Source of the DNA: the human T2T-CHM13v2.0 reference genome, Homo sapiens | NCBI GenBank assembly: GCA_009914755.4 | Contig: CP068257.2 | Coordinates: forward strand, 2,400,001 to 2,464,000 | Direction of reading: 5' to 3' | DNA length: 64,000 nt | In this document: positions 48,544-62,924 of the stretch, one piece after another | Layout of the letters: each line of letters starts with the position of its first letter | Numbering within the stretch: position 1 is the first letter of the stretch | Translations under genes and position numbers: made by a program | Notes under the pieces: generated by a model | Told to the model about the DNA's origin: nothing | Seen by the model: the letters and a program-made list of their open reading frames with translations, nothing else | The model's database searches: none

Positions 48544-50159
48544 TCACTGTCTCCTTTGCCTCTAGGGGCTACAGCCCCAGGCCTCAGGAGACCTGTGACC
48601 CCAGGCGCCACCAGGAGGACTTCAGCCTAGAGAGCAGATCGGCTTTCGCGTGACCCGGTGCCCCTACCCAGCAGCGCAACAGAACCTAAAGAAAGGCTAC
48701 AGGATGATTCCAGAAACAGTGCGCTTCAAGAACTGTAGCAAAGTTTTAAGGCCCAAGGCAGGACCCGTCCCATAAGGATGGAAAAGGAGCCTGACCACCT
48801 CCCGAGGTGTGCCCAATAGTACAACCCAGAGAGGCTAAAGGCGGTGAGAAAGGCTCACCAATTCAGAAGAAACTCACACCTCAACTGACACAAGATGTGA
48901 GACTGGCTTGCTAAGTCGGTTAAGAAAAAGAAACTAGAGACGCCGAGAGTGGCTTGCCACCCCACTTAGGTACACAGGAACTAGGAGTAGAGACGTGTGT
49001 GAATGCAAAGGCCTAATTAAGCTCATCAGCCGCGAAGTAAGGAGTCACAGATCTCTTAGAGTGGACTGTGTGCTCCAAGCAAAGTGTAAGGCCGACTACG
49101 AACAGTAGCGATCTGCATACAGCTAATAAGAACTACCCTATAGCTCAGAGTTGTAGCAGGAATAAGGAACTCTCCAAAGCCAAGCAGCCTCTGAAAACTC
49201 CCATAATAGGAGACGGTGTGGAAGGTCAAAATGAGAGGAAAGAGTGTGCTGTGCCGTAAAAGAAAGAATAGGAAGAAAGTCATCAAACTTACCCCGTTAG
49301 AGTGCATGTTACAGAACTTTAAGAAAGGTTTTGCAGAGGATTAGGGAGTTAAGCTAATCCCACAGAGGTGGAAAACTCTCTGTAATTAGAATGGCCTTCT
49401 TTTAGTGTTAGATGGCCGACCGAAGGAACTACAGATAAGGAAATAATTGGCTGTGTATTTAAGGTGGTGACAAGAGTCAGAGGACAGCTGAGACATCCAG
49501 ATCAATTTCCTTATATCGATTCATGGTTAAATATAGCAGATAAGACCGGCCTGGATCCAGCCATGTGCAGCAGCTTATCGCGAAACATATGTAGCCTGAG
49601 CTCAGCCAAGAGTGAAAGTAAGAGCAGCTTCACTGGCAGACACAGAGTTAAAGAATTCCCAAAGAGAGCAAGAAAAGTCAGTTTTGCAGGAGCTGCCAGA
49701 AAGAACAGAGATTCTTCCTCCATATGTCCCAGCCCATCCGCCTTTACCAAGTCCAACAGCCCCACAGGAGCCAGACTCAAGAGCCAGCATGCCCCAAGTT
49801 TCACCACGAAGGGGAGGATCAGAGTGTTGAGAGGCCAGGGAATGAAGTCAAGATAGTCTAGCAGGCTGTCTCAGATCTGGCGGTGCTCAAGCTCTGCAAA
49901 TGCCTCTCTAGGAGACACGAGGACCCATTTATTATGATGACCAAGGCCAAGTCCAAAGAAGGCAATGGACTTTCATCAGTCAGCCCTTTTCAACCACTGA
50001 TCTTTTAAACTTGAAACACCATACTCCCTCCTACACAGAGAAGCCTCAAGGTCTTATAGATCTGTTGCAATCCATCTTTCTGACACACAATCCAACTGAC
50101 CAGACTGCCAGCAGCTCCTTCTCACGTTATTTAACACTGAGGAGTGCCTGGGAGTAACC

Positions 50160-50420
50160 TAGGCAGCTCTCCGCTGGCTAGAAACCCAGGCATCAGCAGA
50201 TGCAGTGCATGCTCAGGCATACACCCAAGGTCAGTTTCCAGATTCTGGCTAGAAGCCCAGGCATCAGCAGACGCAGTGCATGCTCAGGCATGATGCAGAC
50301 AGAGTGCATGCTCAGGCATACACTCAAGGTCAGTTTCCAGACGCTGCATAGAAGCCCAGGCATCAGCAGACACAGCGCATGCTCAGGCACACACTCAAGG
50401 TCGGTTCCCGACCAAGATCC
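50160..50420. repeat. ~75-bp tandem repeat (~3.3 copies) inside the ERV gag-region, unit ..agaagcccaggcatcagcagacgcagtgcatgctcaggcatacac(t/c)caaggtcagtttccaga..
   Basis: Direct reading of three near-identical units. Confidence 0.85.
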
Positions 50421-50712
50421 TAACTAGGACCCAGAGGATGCAACTCAGCTTCAGTGTTTGCAGAGGTACCAAGAGGCACTTCTGCAAAGACTGAGATGGT
50501 GGAAAGAAAGCCATTAATATAAAGAAGATTTCAGAAGTGCTTCAAGGAAGTGATGAAAGCCCTAGGCAGTTTTATGAAAGATTCTGTGAGGCATACTGGC
50601 TTTCACCCCGTTTGACCCTGAGGCCACTGAAAATCAGTGTATAATGAATATGTCATTTGTAGGACAGGCCCAAGGTGATATCAAATGAAATCTTCAGAAG
50701 TTAGAAAGTTTT

Positions 50713-51012
50713 GGCCGGGCGCGGTGGCTCACACCTGTAATCCCAGCACTTTGGGAGGCCAAGGTGGGTGGATCACGAGGTCAGCAGTTCAAGATCAGCA
50801 TGGCCATGATGGTGAAATCCCATCTCTACTAAAAATACAAAAAATTAGCTGGCAGTGGTGATAGGCACCTGTAATCCCAGCTACTTGGGAGGCAGAGGCA
50901 GAGAATTGCTTGAACCCAGGAGGCAGAGGTTGCAGTGAGCCAAGATCGTGCTACTGCACTCCAGCCTGGGAGAAAGAGTGAAACTCCGTCTGAAAAAAAA
51001 AAAAAAAAAAAA
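50713..51012 (+). mobile_element. Alu SINE nested in the ERV
   Basis: Alu consensus. ~16-bp target-site duplication gaagttagaaagtttt on both sides. Confidence 0.9.
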
Positions 51013-51567
51013 GAAGAAGAAGTTAGAAAGTTTTTCAGGTATGAATGACACCCAGATTGTAGAAGTAGCCACCAAAGTGTTGTTAACCGTGACCAGAAAT
51101 CAAAGAAAGGAGCAGACTGGAGGCTTAAGATCTGTTGGCAGCAGCCTTTATAGAAAAAGAGATTAGCAATGTAAGATGACGTGGACACAGGTGTGGACAT
51201 AGAATAAGTCAAGTTAGATAAGTATTTCAAAGTTGCCCAAGGCTAGAGAAGGATCAGTGTGCAAGATGCAAAAAGAAAGGACACTATAAAGATGAATGTC
51301 CAGAAGGCAATGAAAGAAATGGCCAAGGCCGCAAGACAAAGAGGCCATTGGCCAAAGGCTGCCGCACCTTGGAGGAACCAGATACTGATCTGATCAGGCT
51401 AGCAGGAGCTGAAAGATGTGAGGACTAAAACAGACCACGCTTCTTCTTATTAGGCCTCCAAAAGCCCATCGTCACATTAGAAGTTTAAAGCAGCAAGATT
51501 CTGCTGTATCTAGATTATAAATTTCTCACTGATGGCTAAGCCATTATATGAAGGTACAAAAGAAAAA

Positions 51568-51600
51568 GAGACAGAGAGAGAGAGAGAAAAAAAAAAAACC
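51568..51600. repeat. (GA)n / poly-A simple repeat inside the ERV
   Basis: agacagagagagagagagaaaaaaaaaaaacc. Confidence 0.9.
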
Positions 51601-54439
51601 TCTCCTCTAAAAAACGGAACAGGAGAAGGAGCCATGCCTTCGTGCCTTGTGAAAACTTGCTTATAGACTTTACCAAAATGCCCCGTGCCAGAGGCTATCC
51701 GTTTATGCTAGTGTTTATTTGCACTTTTTCAGGATAGGTTGAGGCATTCCCCACCAAGACAGAAAAGCACGAGAAATGACTAAAGTACTACTAAAAGACA
51801 TTATCCCTAGGTTTTGACAGCCTGTAACTTTAAAGTCAGACAATAGGCCAGCATTTGTAGCTGAAAGAGTGCAAGATTTAACAAGAATGTTAAAAATAAA
51901 ATAGAAGTTATACACAGCCTGTCGGCTGCAAAGTTCAAGAAAAGTAGAACGCATGAACCAGACACTCAAGCAGTTACTGAAGAAACATTGCCCAGAGACT
52001 TATCATGAGAGGTCAAAGGAAGGTCCCCTCTTAAACCAAACCAGGGTCCCTCCCTTTAACCAAGGGCCTATTTATCTGTATTTTGATGCTTGTCAGGCAG
52101 CAGTCCAAGACTCCCCTGTCTGTGGTAACCTACCTTTAGAAAGATACTATAGAAAATGACTACAAATATGTATGCATGCCAAGAGTAACTCTATCTTCTT
52201 CCCCTAGGACCCCAGAAAAAGATTTTTGGCCTTGCATGTCGTAGCACCCTAGCACACAACAAAGGTCAATTATGCTTTTACCAAAATGCTGTTGAAACCA
52301 GATTGTGAAGCAAAAACCTGTAATCCTGTAAATTTCACCCTTCTAAAGCCAGACTTACCCATGTAGACTGCATGTTACCCCATTCATTTGTATATGCATA
52401 CATACCCAGCAATCCTCCTATATGTTATCAAACAAAGAACCCAGACCCATCCAGCCCAGCAACAGTTCCAAATCTTTAAGTCATTCTATAAGCATGTAGA
52501 CCAGAAGTTACCAGAGCCTACTCCTTTAGCCAAAAACCTGTTTGCTCAGCTGGCTGAACACACTGCCGGCAGCATGGGCGTTTCATGTTATGTTTCTAGA
52601 AAGACTAACGTAGTAGACCAATGGCCTTAGGAAGCAAAACAGTTAATGCCACAAAATAATTTGACTCTAATAGACTCTTCCTCCGAACCGATGCCCACAA
52701 GTCCAAGCGTCTGACTCTTAAAAACTTCTATTATCAGGAGATACTGTGTTGCTCCCTGAAGAAACGCTTTTACAGACGCAGTAGGAGAACTAACCTTCTT
52801 AGGACAGCAATATTATAATGAAACACTAAAGAAAACTTTGTGGCGAGGCAGAGATGACTCCAAAGCACCTCAACCAAATCCGTTCTCCTGTTTCTCTCCT
52901 CTAAACCACACCTAGTATCAGCTTGAAGCTCGAAATACTTGGCAAGCGCCCCTTGGTCTTTATTGGCATCTGTAAGCCACAGGCATATCGACAGTTGCCA
53001 GCTAAATGGACAAAGTCCTGTGTGTTTGAAACAATTAGACCATCTTTCCTCCTACTCCCACTGCAACAGGGAGAAACTTTAAGGTATCCCGTCTATGATG
53101 AAGTTAGAAGAAGAAGCAAAAGAGATGCAGACATAAAAAGAGATACAGAAATAGGAAATTAGAAAGACACAGATTACCCCCCTAAAAGAATAATTCAATA
53201 CTATAGGCCAGCTACCTAGGCACAAGATAGGTCATGAGGGTACCGCACTCCTATTTACATGCTTAGCCATATCATAAGGTTGAAGGCAGTACTTGAAATG
53301 ATCACTAATGAAACAGCAAAAGCATTAGATTTACTGGCCCAGCAAGCCACAAAAATGAAGAATGTTATTTATCACAACAGATTAGCTTTATACTATTAGC
53401 TAGGAAGCCCAGGAAGGAGGAGAATGTGGAAGGTTCAATCTAACTAATTTCTGCCTGGAAATCGATGACAATGGAACGGCAATTATAGAAATAACTGCAA
53501 GAATGAGAAAATTACCCCATGTTCCAGTTCGAACTTGGAAAAGTTAGTCTCCAGATTCCCTCTTTGGAGGCTGGTTTTCCTCCTTCAGTGGATTCAAGAC
53601 TTCAATAAGAATAGTCCTGGCCATACTAAGAGTTTGCCCAGTACTCCCTTCCCTCTTACCCCTCCTTGTTAGAAGCATTCAATCAACTATAGAGGCAAAA
53701 GCAGCTAAGCAAACTACCACTCAGCTAATGGATCTATATAAATATCAGCCTGTGCCTAAAGAAGAAAACTTGTCTCTTCAGGCAGAATTAAGTAATAGTG
53801 ATGCCTTCTATTAAACTTCTTTTATAAAAGACATCAAAAGGAGGAAACTGAGGCAGAAATTTAAAAATAAATAAGCATTCATTCACTCCAAGAAAAGTAA
53901 CAGGCAAGGCAAAGGTTAAAAAGAAAAGAACAAGTTTTCCTCTGCCTAGTAAGCTCACTTCAAAGACAGTTATAACACTGTTTGAGAAGCCAAGGCCAAA
54001 GGAATAGGCTCCAGACAACTCCCACTTCCAGAGCAAAGTGAAAAGAAAAAAAACAAGAAAGAAAGACAAATTCCTTTACTGTTACTCCTTTCCCTGGCTT
54101 CTTAAGCATGATGATGTTTTACAAATTTCTGTATTTAGCCAGTTCTTATTTTTCTTTTGATGCAGCTACAAGGCCACTAGCCATGCAAGGCCACAAGTTA
54201 TGCCAAGTCAACAGTTATGCTATAGATTACGTGACCTGTCACTGTAGGATTAACTGCTTTTGTTTTGCTTCTGTAAGTTTGCTTAGAAAAGCCCTGCTCA
54301 GTCTTTGTTCAGTGCTCATATTTTTAGATATGAATCCACGAATCCAGTGAGTACCCTAAAATAAACAATCATCCTGTTCTCCATATCGGTCTCTCTAGTC
54401 CTCTATTTCATATTGGTCTCTCTATTCTCTTTAGTCCTC

Positions 54440-54740
<301 letters not shown>

Positions 54741-54849
54741 TAAAAAAAAAAAAAAAAAAAGTAAGATTACTTGCTAATATAATTGACTAGTTGGCCGGCA
54801 TTCGAATTTTCCCAATATTTGCACAGTGTGCCTAGTTGTCAAGCCAGGA

Positions 54850-55500
54850 TTTAATAACCAGATTCCACGTCTGCCAGGCGGACAGACACCAATCCCTATC
54901 CATCCTCGGCTCCCGCTTGGAACAGAATTTCCCGCCTCAATACTGCAATGTCTAGTGGGAAATGCAGTCTCGGCTTCCAATGACGTCACCAGCACAGGAC
55001 GGTGGGAAGGGCTCTTTGCTCAAACGCCGCCCCGCCCACTCCCGCCATCTTCCGTCAGAGAATCCCGGCTCCTGCTGCAATAAGAGGCTGTTCTGGAAGC
55101 TCTGGGGTTCGGGTCTTTGTCCCTGCAGGTTGGTGGTGGGATGAAACAGGAGACAGCGGGCTTGGAGGCACCACTGGGAGGCGGGACCGACGTGCCACAG
55201 TTGGTGGGAGCAGAGGCGTGGGCACATATTGAGGGGGCGGGGCCTGACGCACAGGTGCGGGCCGCGGACCCCGGCTGGGGCTGAAAGGGCGGCGCTGCTG
55301 GGAGGGCGGGCGTGGAATCCCCGCACTGAAGCCAGTTCCAGAGGCGCCAAAGCGGCTGGGCGAAGCCGGTGGCGCGGGAAAGGGGTCTGCAGACCGCCCG
55401 AGCCTGGGAGGTCTGCGGGGAGGCTGCGCTCCGGCACTGCATGGACCTTGTGCAGCATTCCGTGCACGCCATTGTAAGATCAGCATATGGACAGTTCTAG
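54850..55500. promoter_or_regulatory. CpG island, probably a promoter/first-exon region. Contains GC boxes (ccgccccgccc at 55026-55036, gggggcggggcc at 55233-55245), a perfect CRE palindrome TGACGTCA at 54981-54988, and a YY1-like core gccatcttc at 55044-55052.
   Basis: High G+C and dense CpG content, unlike the rest of the window. Motifs read directly. No TATA box. A strong + strand splice donor GTAAGA lies at 55474-55479 at the island's 3' edge. Confidence 0.7.
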
Positions 55501-55657
55501 GGAGATGCCCCTCATTCCCAGAAGAGGACTACGAAATGCGTGCACACCGTCCTACTGCCTGGCGAGTGTATTAGTAGGGTTTCCCGGTGTCTTTCAGCAA
55601 GTGAAGATTCTCCTTGTGTCCCATTCCTACGCATCCCATCCATGTTTTAGTTTATAG

Positions 55658-55728
55658 GAGTTTATAAAAGATCTGGTTTCTAGGGAAGTTGGGGATCCAG
55701 ATGATGGTCCTGTTTTCTGTGTAATAAG
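55658..55728 (+). other. Candidate small internal or 5'-UTR exon. Acceptor tgttttagtttatag| at 55657. Donor |GTAAGT at 55729.
   Basis: Consensus splice signals ~180 bp downstream of the CpG-island donor. No long ORF, so it would be mostly non-coding. This is a weak, sequence-only call. Confidence 0.25.
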
Positions 55729-56169
55729 GTAAGTACAAAGTTTGGAAGAGGGCGCCTTTTAGGAATCCCACCTGAAAGAACCCCTCTTTGGACAAACCTT
55801 CTCACTGGTACTTCAAAGCAGAGGAAGCGTCACAGGTGAAGATTCCAGTTTGTATGACCCAAGCAGTTATTTTCCCACTCCCCAGAGTGGCCAAGATTTG
55901 GTTGATAAGACCTTATCCAGTAGCTCTCAAACACTGGGTGGTAGCGGAAGGTTTGGACCAACATTCAGAAGGAAGAGGGGAGTTTGGCTGCGAATGCAGG
56001 CAAGGGCCAAAGAGATGTGACTTATTGGAGGGGACTTAATAGTGTGGTCTTCGGTGGAAAAATAACCTGTTACTCCTGAGAGGATCTGTCTGGAGTACTC
56101 TGTAAAGACACTTTCATTCCTTCAATCTTTTCTCATTGTTTCTAGTGGCTGAACTTTCTTAAAAGTAGT

Positions 56170-56460
<291 letters not shown>

Positions 56461-56837
56461 TGTAGCATCCAGTCACGAAATTTAGCATCTAGTGATATGC
56501 CAAAGCTCCCTCTATCCTGGTAGCTCTTCCTGGTAGTTCAGTAAGCGTTTGCCAAACTATTTCTATCTTATGAGAAAGATGAAAAAAATTTGGCTTTGAG
56601 GAGCTGGGACTTGCCAGGGTCACATGATATACAGATGTTATGCATCCTGACTTTTTGGCTAGTGTTACTCATTTTGCCCCAGTTAAGTCAAAACTTTTTT
56701 TTCCTTTTTTTTTTTTTTAGATTTTTGTTGACACTGAAGTCAACTAAGAACAAACATTGCTTTAAAATACTTTCTCAGCCGCTCCCTGCCTGACCAAACC
56801 CTCCCACTGGAAAAAATAATAATAAAGTACTTTCCCT

Positions 56838-57125
56838 TGCCGGGTGCAGTGTCTCACAGCCATAATCATAGCATTTTGGGAGGCCAAGACAGGAGGATCG
56901 CTTGCACCCAGGAGTTTGAGACTAGTCTTGGCCACATAGGGAGACCCTATGTGTTTACAAAAAAAAAAAAAAAAAATTTAGCTGGTCGTGGTGGCATGCA
57001 CCTGTGGCTCTAACTACTTGGGGGGCTGAGGTGGGAAGATCACTTGAGCCCAGGAGGGCGAAGTTACAGTGAGCTATGGTTGTGCCACTGCACTCCAGCT
57101 TGGGTGACAGAATGAGACTCTGTCT
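56838..57125 (+). mobile_element. Alu SINE (diverged)
   Basis: Alu consensus with an A18 linker. Confidence 0.85.
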
Positions 57126-60070
57126 CAAACCAACCAACCAAGCAGAAACATTTCCTTAACCATCTCTGTTCCTTTTTATACCCAACTCTTTCTGTGAATT
57201 ATGTGACCTCAAGGACAAATGACACAAGTGTTTACCGCTCAGTGTCAGTAATCTGTTCTTGGAAATTATAAATTCTGTAGGAAAACAATAGAGTATTTTA
57301 CATATTTAAAAAGGGAAGATTAGACAGTGTCTCACTTCTATTCCAACCAGTATCTTAAAACTTAAGTAAAATACAGTACAATGCTCACTTGTAAGAGATC
57401 CTTTTTTTGCATTTTTTTAAAGTCAACAGACATTTTTATGATGTAAAGAACCTTAAAGCACAGTTTACTAATATGCAAAGAGTTGCTTTTTATGATTCAC
57501 ATGGTATCTTAGCACTAGCAGTCTCACTGATTTCCATCAAGTTGGCATTTATTGTGATTTACAAAACTTCTACATGAGGTTGTGACGTTCTAGTGATTGT
57601 ATTTGACAAGTAACTTCACATTATCTCCTTCACATGATTTTCTTAAAAACATTAAGTTCTGGTGGCTTAGGTGTATCAGTTACTGTTTTCTGTGTAAAGA
57701 ACCAACGAAACTCAATGGCTTAAAAAGAAGTTCTGTTGATTCACATTTTGGTGTGTGTTCACCTGGGCATTTCCTTTGCTAATGTTGTCTGGATCACAAA
57801 TGAGGCTTTGGTCATCTGGTGCCTTCACTCGCATGTCTGGTGGTTCATGCTGACACTTGTTCAAGAAGGCAAGCACCAGTGGGCAAGTACTTTTCCAACC
57901 TACATTTTCATCATATTTTCTATGTCCCATTGGCCAAAGCAAGTCAAATGACAGAGCCCCATTTGTTATCAGAGCACACTCTATGAGGTCTTAGATACAG
58001 GGAGACTTGTCACTAGGAAACATTACTAAAACAGTATATCCCAAGAAATATACAATATGTACATTTTTCCCCCTATATAATTGTAGGCAAAAAATGTTGG
58101 GTTGCAAGATACATCCTTTCAATGATGCTTAGGTATATAAAAGATGCATCCTTTCAATGATGCATAGGTATAAAAGCAAGATGTGTTCTAGTGGAAACAC
58201 CTATATGGAATCATGTAGAATCTCCATATTAGTAGTGAAATAGTTAATGCAGCTGAATTATATTTCTATAATATTAATTTCATTGAAGACTAAATGTATA
58301 TTTCTTTGTTTTAAATTATTACATTGTTTTTTGGATAAATTAATTGTCCCTAAATCAGTAGGTAATACATGCTTTCATTAATCCCAAAATAAATTGTATG
58401 TATCTCTACTAGTTAATATACTTGTGGGTACATCTTCAGTGGGATATTTGTTGTCCCTTATTGAGGCATGAATGACTATTCTGTCACAGGGAGGTTTTTT
58501 TGTTGTTTTAGTCTTTTCCAGCTATTGTGTAGAGCATTTTGGGCAGGAGAATCTAGGACCAAGCCACATCAGTTCTCTCCTTAACCCACTCCATTCGACT
58601 GTTATCACAGCTATGCTTCCAGAGTGCTCTGTGCATTTTCACGATCAGCAAACAATGAATAAATCTCTGGTGAGTCATTTGTTTATATATTCCTCACTTT
58701 GTTTTACATTGTATTTTTTGCCTTTATGGAGTCCATGGATTAAAATGAAAAGATAGAAATAAGTAAAATTCAGGTTAAAGGAAATACACATTAATAAAAT
58801 AATGCTGGCATGTAGACATATGCAGGTTATAAGCTATAGAACTTGAGTACAAATGTGTCTCTGGTCTTTCCGATGCTGCAACAAAGAGGCAGTCACATTT
58901 GTTACGTGATTGGAATGGAACCTGGAAAGAGTGTATGTTCCATTCTCATGGGACAGGAAGACTTGCTGTCACCAAAGTCTGGAACACTGACTGCATTGGT
59001 CACAGAGATGATGTAGTGAAAAGGTTTTTTTACTGCCAACCTGGAAGTAAACACTTTTAGCATTTTGCAGTATAAATAGTCACTTAGTGCTAAAGCATAA
59101 CTCCTGTAATGAGGTTTTTCTGGTTGCTGAAACAGTGTGGTCCCAGACAGCTTTTGGAAGGCCCTACTTGATTCATGGCTAAATCCTAGAACATCTGGAG
59201 GATTGAGTTGACCACAGGTCCTTAACTAACCCCCCATACATTTCTGTCAATTCATCTGTACATGGAGAATTTGTAGCAGATTGTTCACAATTGTATTCTC
59301 TGACAAATATTTCCACTGCTCACTTGCACTTTCATTCAATGTAGTCTTAATTGGTTTATTCTAATGCTACCCATTAACCCAAATTATATGCAACTCCAAT
59401 GGCTATACTCTAGTCTGCCTTACTTGAATCTTGTGCCGTACAGTAATCCCCTTTATCCACAGTTTTGCTTTCTGTTGTTTCAGTTCCCTGTAGTCAACTG
59501 CAGACAGAAAAGACAATAAGATATTTTGAATATCTTGAATATTTTGATATTTTGAATATGTTGAATACAGTAGAATAAGATATTTTGAGACACCACATTC
59601 CTATAACTTTTAGTATAGTATGTTGACCTAATTGTTCCATTTTATTGTCGGTAATATCATACTGTGCCTAATTTATAAATTAAACTGTCAAGGGTGTGTA
59701 TATATAGGAAAAAACATAGTGTATATAGGGTTTGGTACTATACACAGTTTCAGGGACCCACTAGGGGACCTGGAATGTATCCCTCATGGATAAGGGGGGA
59801 TTCCTGCATTTCAAATTATTGTTCATGATCTTCTCCTGGAAATTCTTCTGTGTTAGTTTCTATCATGACCTCACTGATGCTGCTTGTCTTTTTTTCCTGA
59901 ATTCTTCTACTTCTCCTTTACATAGCTTATCCAGTTGTTTCATCCAATTCCCCATCCATCCCAATGTGCAGTTCTTTTTTTGTTGTTGGTTGTTTGTTTA
60001 TTACCAGTTCTGCTGTCTGTGTTGTAGCAGTTGTGTTTCTCTCCAGCTTGGACTTCTCCGGCCTTTAGAC

Positions 60071-60393
60071 CAGGGATCCCCAACCCCCAGGCCATGGACT
60101 GCTCCAATGTGTGTCCTGTGAGGAACTGCGCTGCACAGCAGGAGATGAGTAGCAGGCAAGCAAGAATTACTGCCTGCACTCTGCCTCCTGTCAGATGAAT
60201 GACAGCATTAAATTCTCACAGGAGCATGAACCCTATTGTGAAATATGCATGTGAGGGATCTAGGTTACCTGCTCCTTATGAGAATCTAATGTCTGATGAA
60301 CAATTTCATCCCAAAACCATCCCCCCTCACACCCTGGTATATGGAAAAATTGTCTTTCACAAAACCTGGTGCCAAAAAGTTTGGGGATCACTG
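60071..60393. mobile_element. Non-autonomous DNA transposon (MITE-like), copy 2 of the family at 25378-25720
   Basis: Terminal inverted repeats cagggatccccaacc...gtttggggatcactg. Internal similarity to copy 1. Confidence 0.65.
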
Positions 60394-60780
60394 CTCTAGA
60401 CCACAGGTTCAGCTCTCCATTGAATGATTCTTTGTAGCTATCCGAAAGGCACCTCAAGCTTAAATCCAAAATGAAATTATATCCTTCTCTTTTCCTTTAC
60501 ATACAGTATTAGATTAGACAGTAATTAGCTTCTACGTCTCAATAAGAGGAATAGTAAGAATCTTTATCAGTCTTTAATAAACCACAGTTTTCCCTCTGGC
60601 TACAAATTGTTTACATTCCTTCCACATGCGAAATATACTTACCTGTAGAGATAAGTATTCACCCATCGAACTGACACCACAAACAGTGTGATAAACAACC
60701 TTTGCCTCCACAAATTTCTTCCCCCCTCCCTGCCCCTTTTGGGATACAACCATCTGACTTAAGATATATTCTCTGTATAA

Positions 60781-61140
60781 GTCCATTCTCCCATTGCTAT
60801 AAAAAACTACCTCAGACTGGGTAATTTATAAAGAAAAGAGGTTTAATTTGCTCACAGTTCCACAGACTGTAGAGGAAGCATGGCTGGGGAGGCCTCATGA
60901 AACTTACAATTATGGTGTAAGATGAAGGGGAAGCAGGCACGTCCTATGTGTCTGGAGCAGGAGAAAGTGGGTGGTGAAGAGGGAGGTTCTATACACTTTT
61001 AACAACCAGATCTCGTGAGAATTTACTAACAGGAGAACAGCAAGGGGCAAGTCTGCCCCCTGATCTAGTCACCTCCCACCAGGCCCCTCCTACAGCCAGC
61101 CTTGAGGCTTACAATTTGACATGAGATTTGGGCAAGTAAA
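60781..61140 (-). mobile_element. MaLR (THE1/MST-type) LTR
   Basis: ..cctcagactgggtaatttataaagaaaagaggtttaatttgctcacag...ttacaatttgacatgagatttggg. Confidence 0.8.
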
Positions 61141-61339
61141 CAAATCGAAACAATACCATCCTCTTAACAAATTTTTAAGTATGCAATTCCGTATTAACTA
61201 CAGGCTTTGATCTGTAGATTCGATATTTAGAACTTACTCATTGCATAACTAAAACTTATACCCTGCGACCAATACCCCCCCAGTTACCCTTCCCCCTCAG
61301 CCCTTGGTAACCACGATTCAGCTCTATGTTTGTGTAAGT

Positions 61340-61690
61340 TTAACTGTTTTACATTTTTATATACTTGGAGTTCCTCAGGCTGTACAGGAAGCATGGCTTC
61401 ATTTGAGCTGGAACAACAGCATCCTTCAGACTTGGTAATTAATAAAGGACAGAAATTTATTCTTAACAGTTCTGGAAGCTGGGAAGTCCAGGATCAAGGC
61501 ACTGTCATCTGGTGCCTGATGAGAGACTTCTTCCTGCATCCTTACATGGTGGAAGACAAAAGAGTGGCAGAGAATGAATATACTCCCAGTCCATTCGAGA
61601 GGGAAGAGCCCTCACCTCATCACTTCCCTGAGGCCTCACCTTCTAATACTATCACCTTGGTGATAAGATTTCAACATAGGAATTAGAGGG
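61340..61690. mobile_element. Unclassified interspersed repeat, LTR/MaLR-related (ggaagtccaggatcaagg...cctcacatggtggaag..cctcaccttctaatactatcaccttgg..)
   Basis: Matches a very common human interspersed repeat motif. The family name was not recalled with certainty. Confidence 0.5.
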
Positions 61691-62924
61691 GAATACATAC
61701 ATCCAGACTATTGCAGATGGGATTATGTAATACTTTGTTCCTGTTTGGCTTATTTCTTAGCACAATATCTTTCTGGTATGTGCATGTTTCTGCAAATGGC
61801 AAGATTTTCTTCCTTTTTAAGGCTGAGTAATAATTCATTGCATGTATAGACCACATTTTCTTTATGCATTCATTATTAGTGAGAGTTCTTATTACAAATG
61901 GGGAAGTGGTTTTTAATATTGATTTAATTTTTGTTATTAAAAACATTTTTAGATGGTTAGATTCCTTTTTAGAATAAATATACTTCATTAGTTAAGGCAG
62001 TTTTAACTTCACAGCAGAATTAAGAAGTACATAGATTTCCTATATACCCTAATGCACATATATATGTAGCCTTCGCCCTTTTCAACACCTCCCCCAACCA
62101 TGGTAGTACCTTTGTTAAAAAGAGGAACCTACATTGAGACATCATAGTTGTCCAAAGGCCATAGTTTACATTAGGGTTTACTCTTGTGGTTTTACATGCT
62201 ATGGGTTTGAGTAAATGTATAATGACATGTATCCAGCCTTATAGTACCTCACAGAACACTTTGTTCTAAAAGTCATCCCTGCTCTTCCTGTTTATTACAT
62301 ATCATCCCCTTAACCCTGCAAACCATCTCCATCATTTCGCATGTTACATAGTTGCAGTTATATAGTAAGTAGCCTTTTCAGACTGCCTTCTTTTACTTAG
62401 TAATATGCTTTTAAGTTTCCTCATCTTTTGAGGACAAGATAGCCCATTTCTTTTTAGTGCTGAATTATGTTCTATTGTGTGTACCATAGTTTATCCATTC
62501 ACTTACTGAAGGGCATCTTGGTTGCTTCCAAATTTTAGTTATTTTGAATAAAGCTGCTATAAATCCCTGTTCACAGGTTTTTATGATAGCATTTATTTTC
62601 ACTTACTTTGGGTAACTACCAAGGGATGCAGTTGCTGGATCATATGGTGAGAATATGTTTATTTTTCTAAGAACAAATTGTCCTCCAACTGAGTGACTGT
62701 ACCGCTTTGCATTTCCACAGTCTGAATGAGAGTTCCTGTTGCTGCACATTCTCAATATCAGTTGTTGTCAGTGCTCCAGATTTTGGCCATTCTACTAGGT
62801 ATGTAGCAGTATCTCATTGTTTTAATATGTTACCCTAACGTTACACAATATAATGCATTCTTTTATGAGTTTATTTCCTATATGGTTCTCATAATTGGTG
62901 AGGTATCTGTTAAGGTCTTTGGTC

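Noticed and set aside
54952-55486. Three overlapping 143-171-aa minus-strand ORFs and several + strand ORFs inside the CpG island
   Set aside because: GC-rich DNA lacks stop codons by composition. The products are Pro/Arg/Ala-rich low-complexity sequences with no domain resemblance. The region is interpreted as promoter and 5' UTR.
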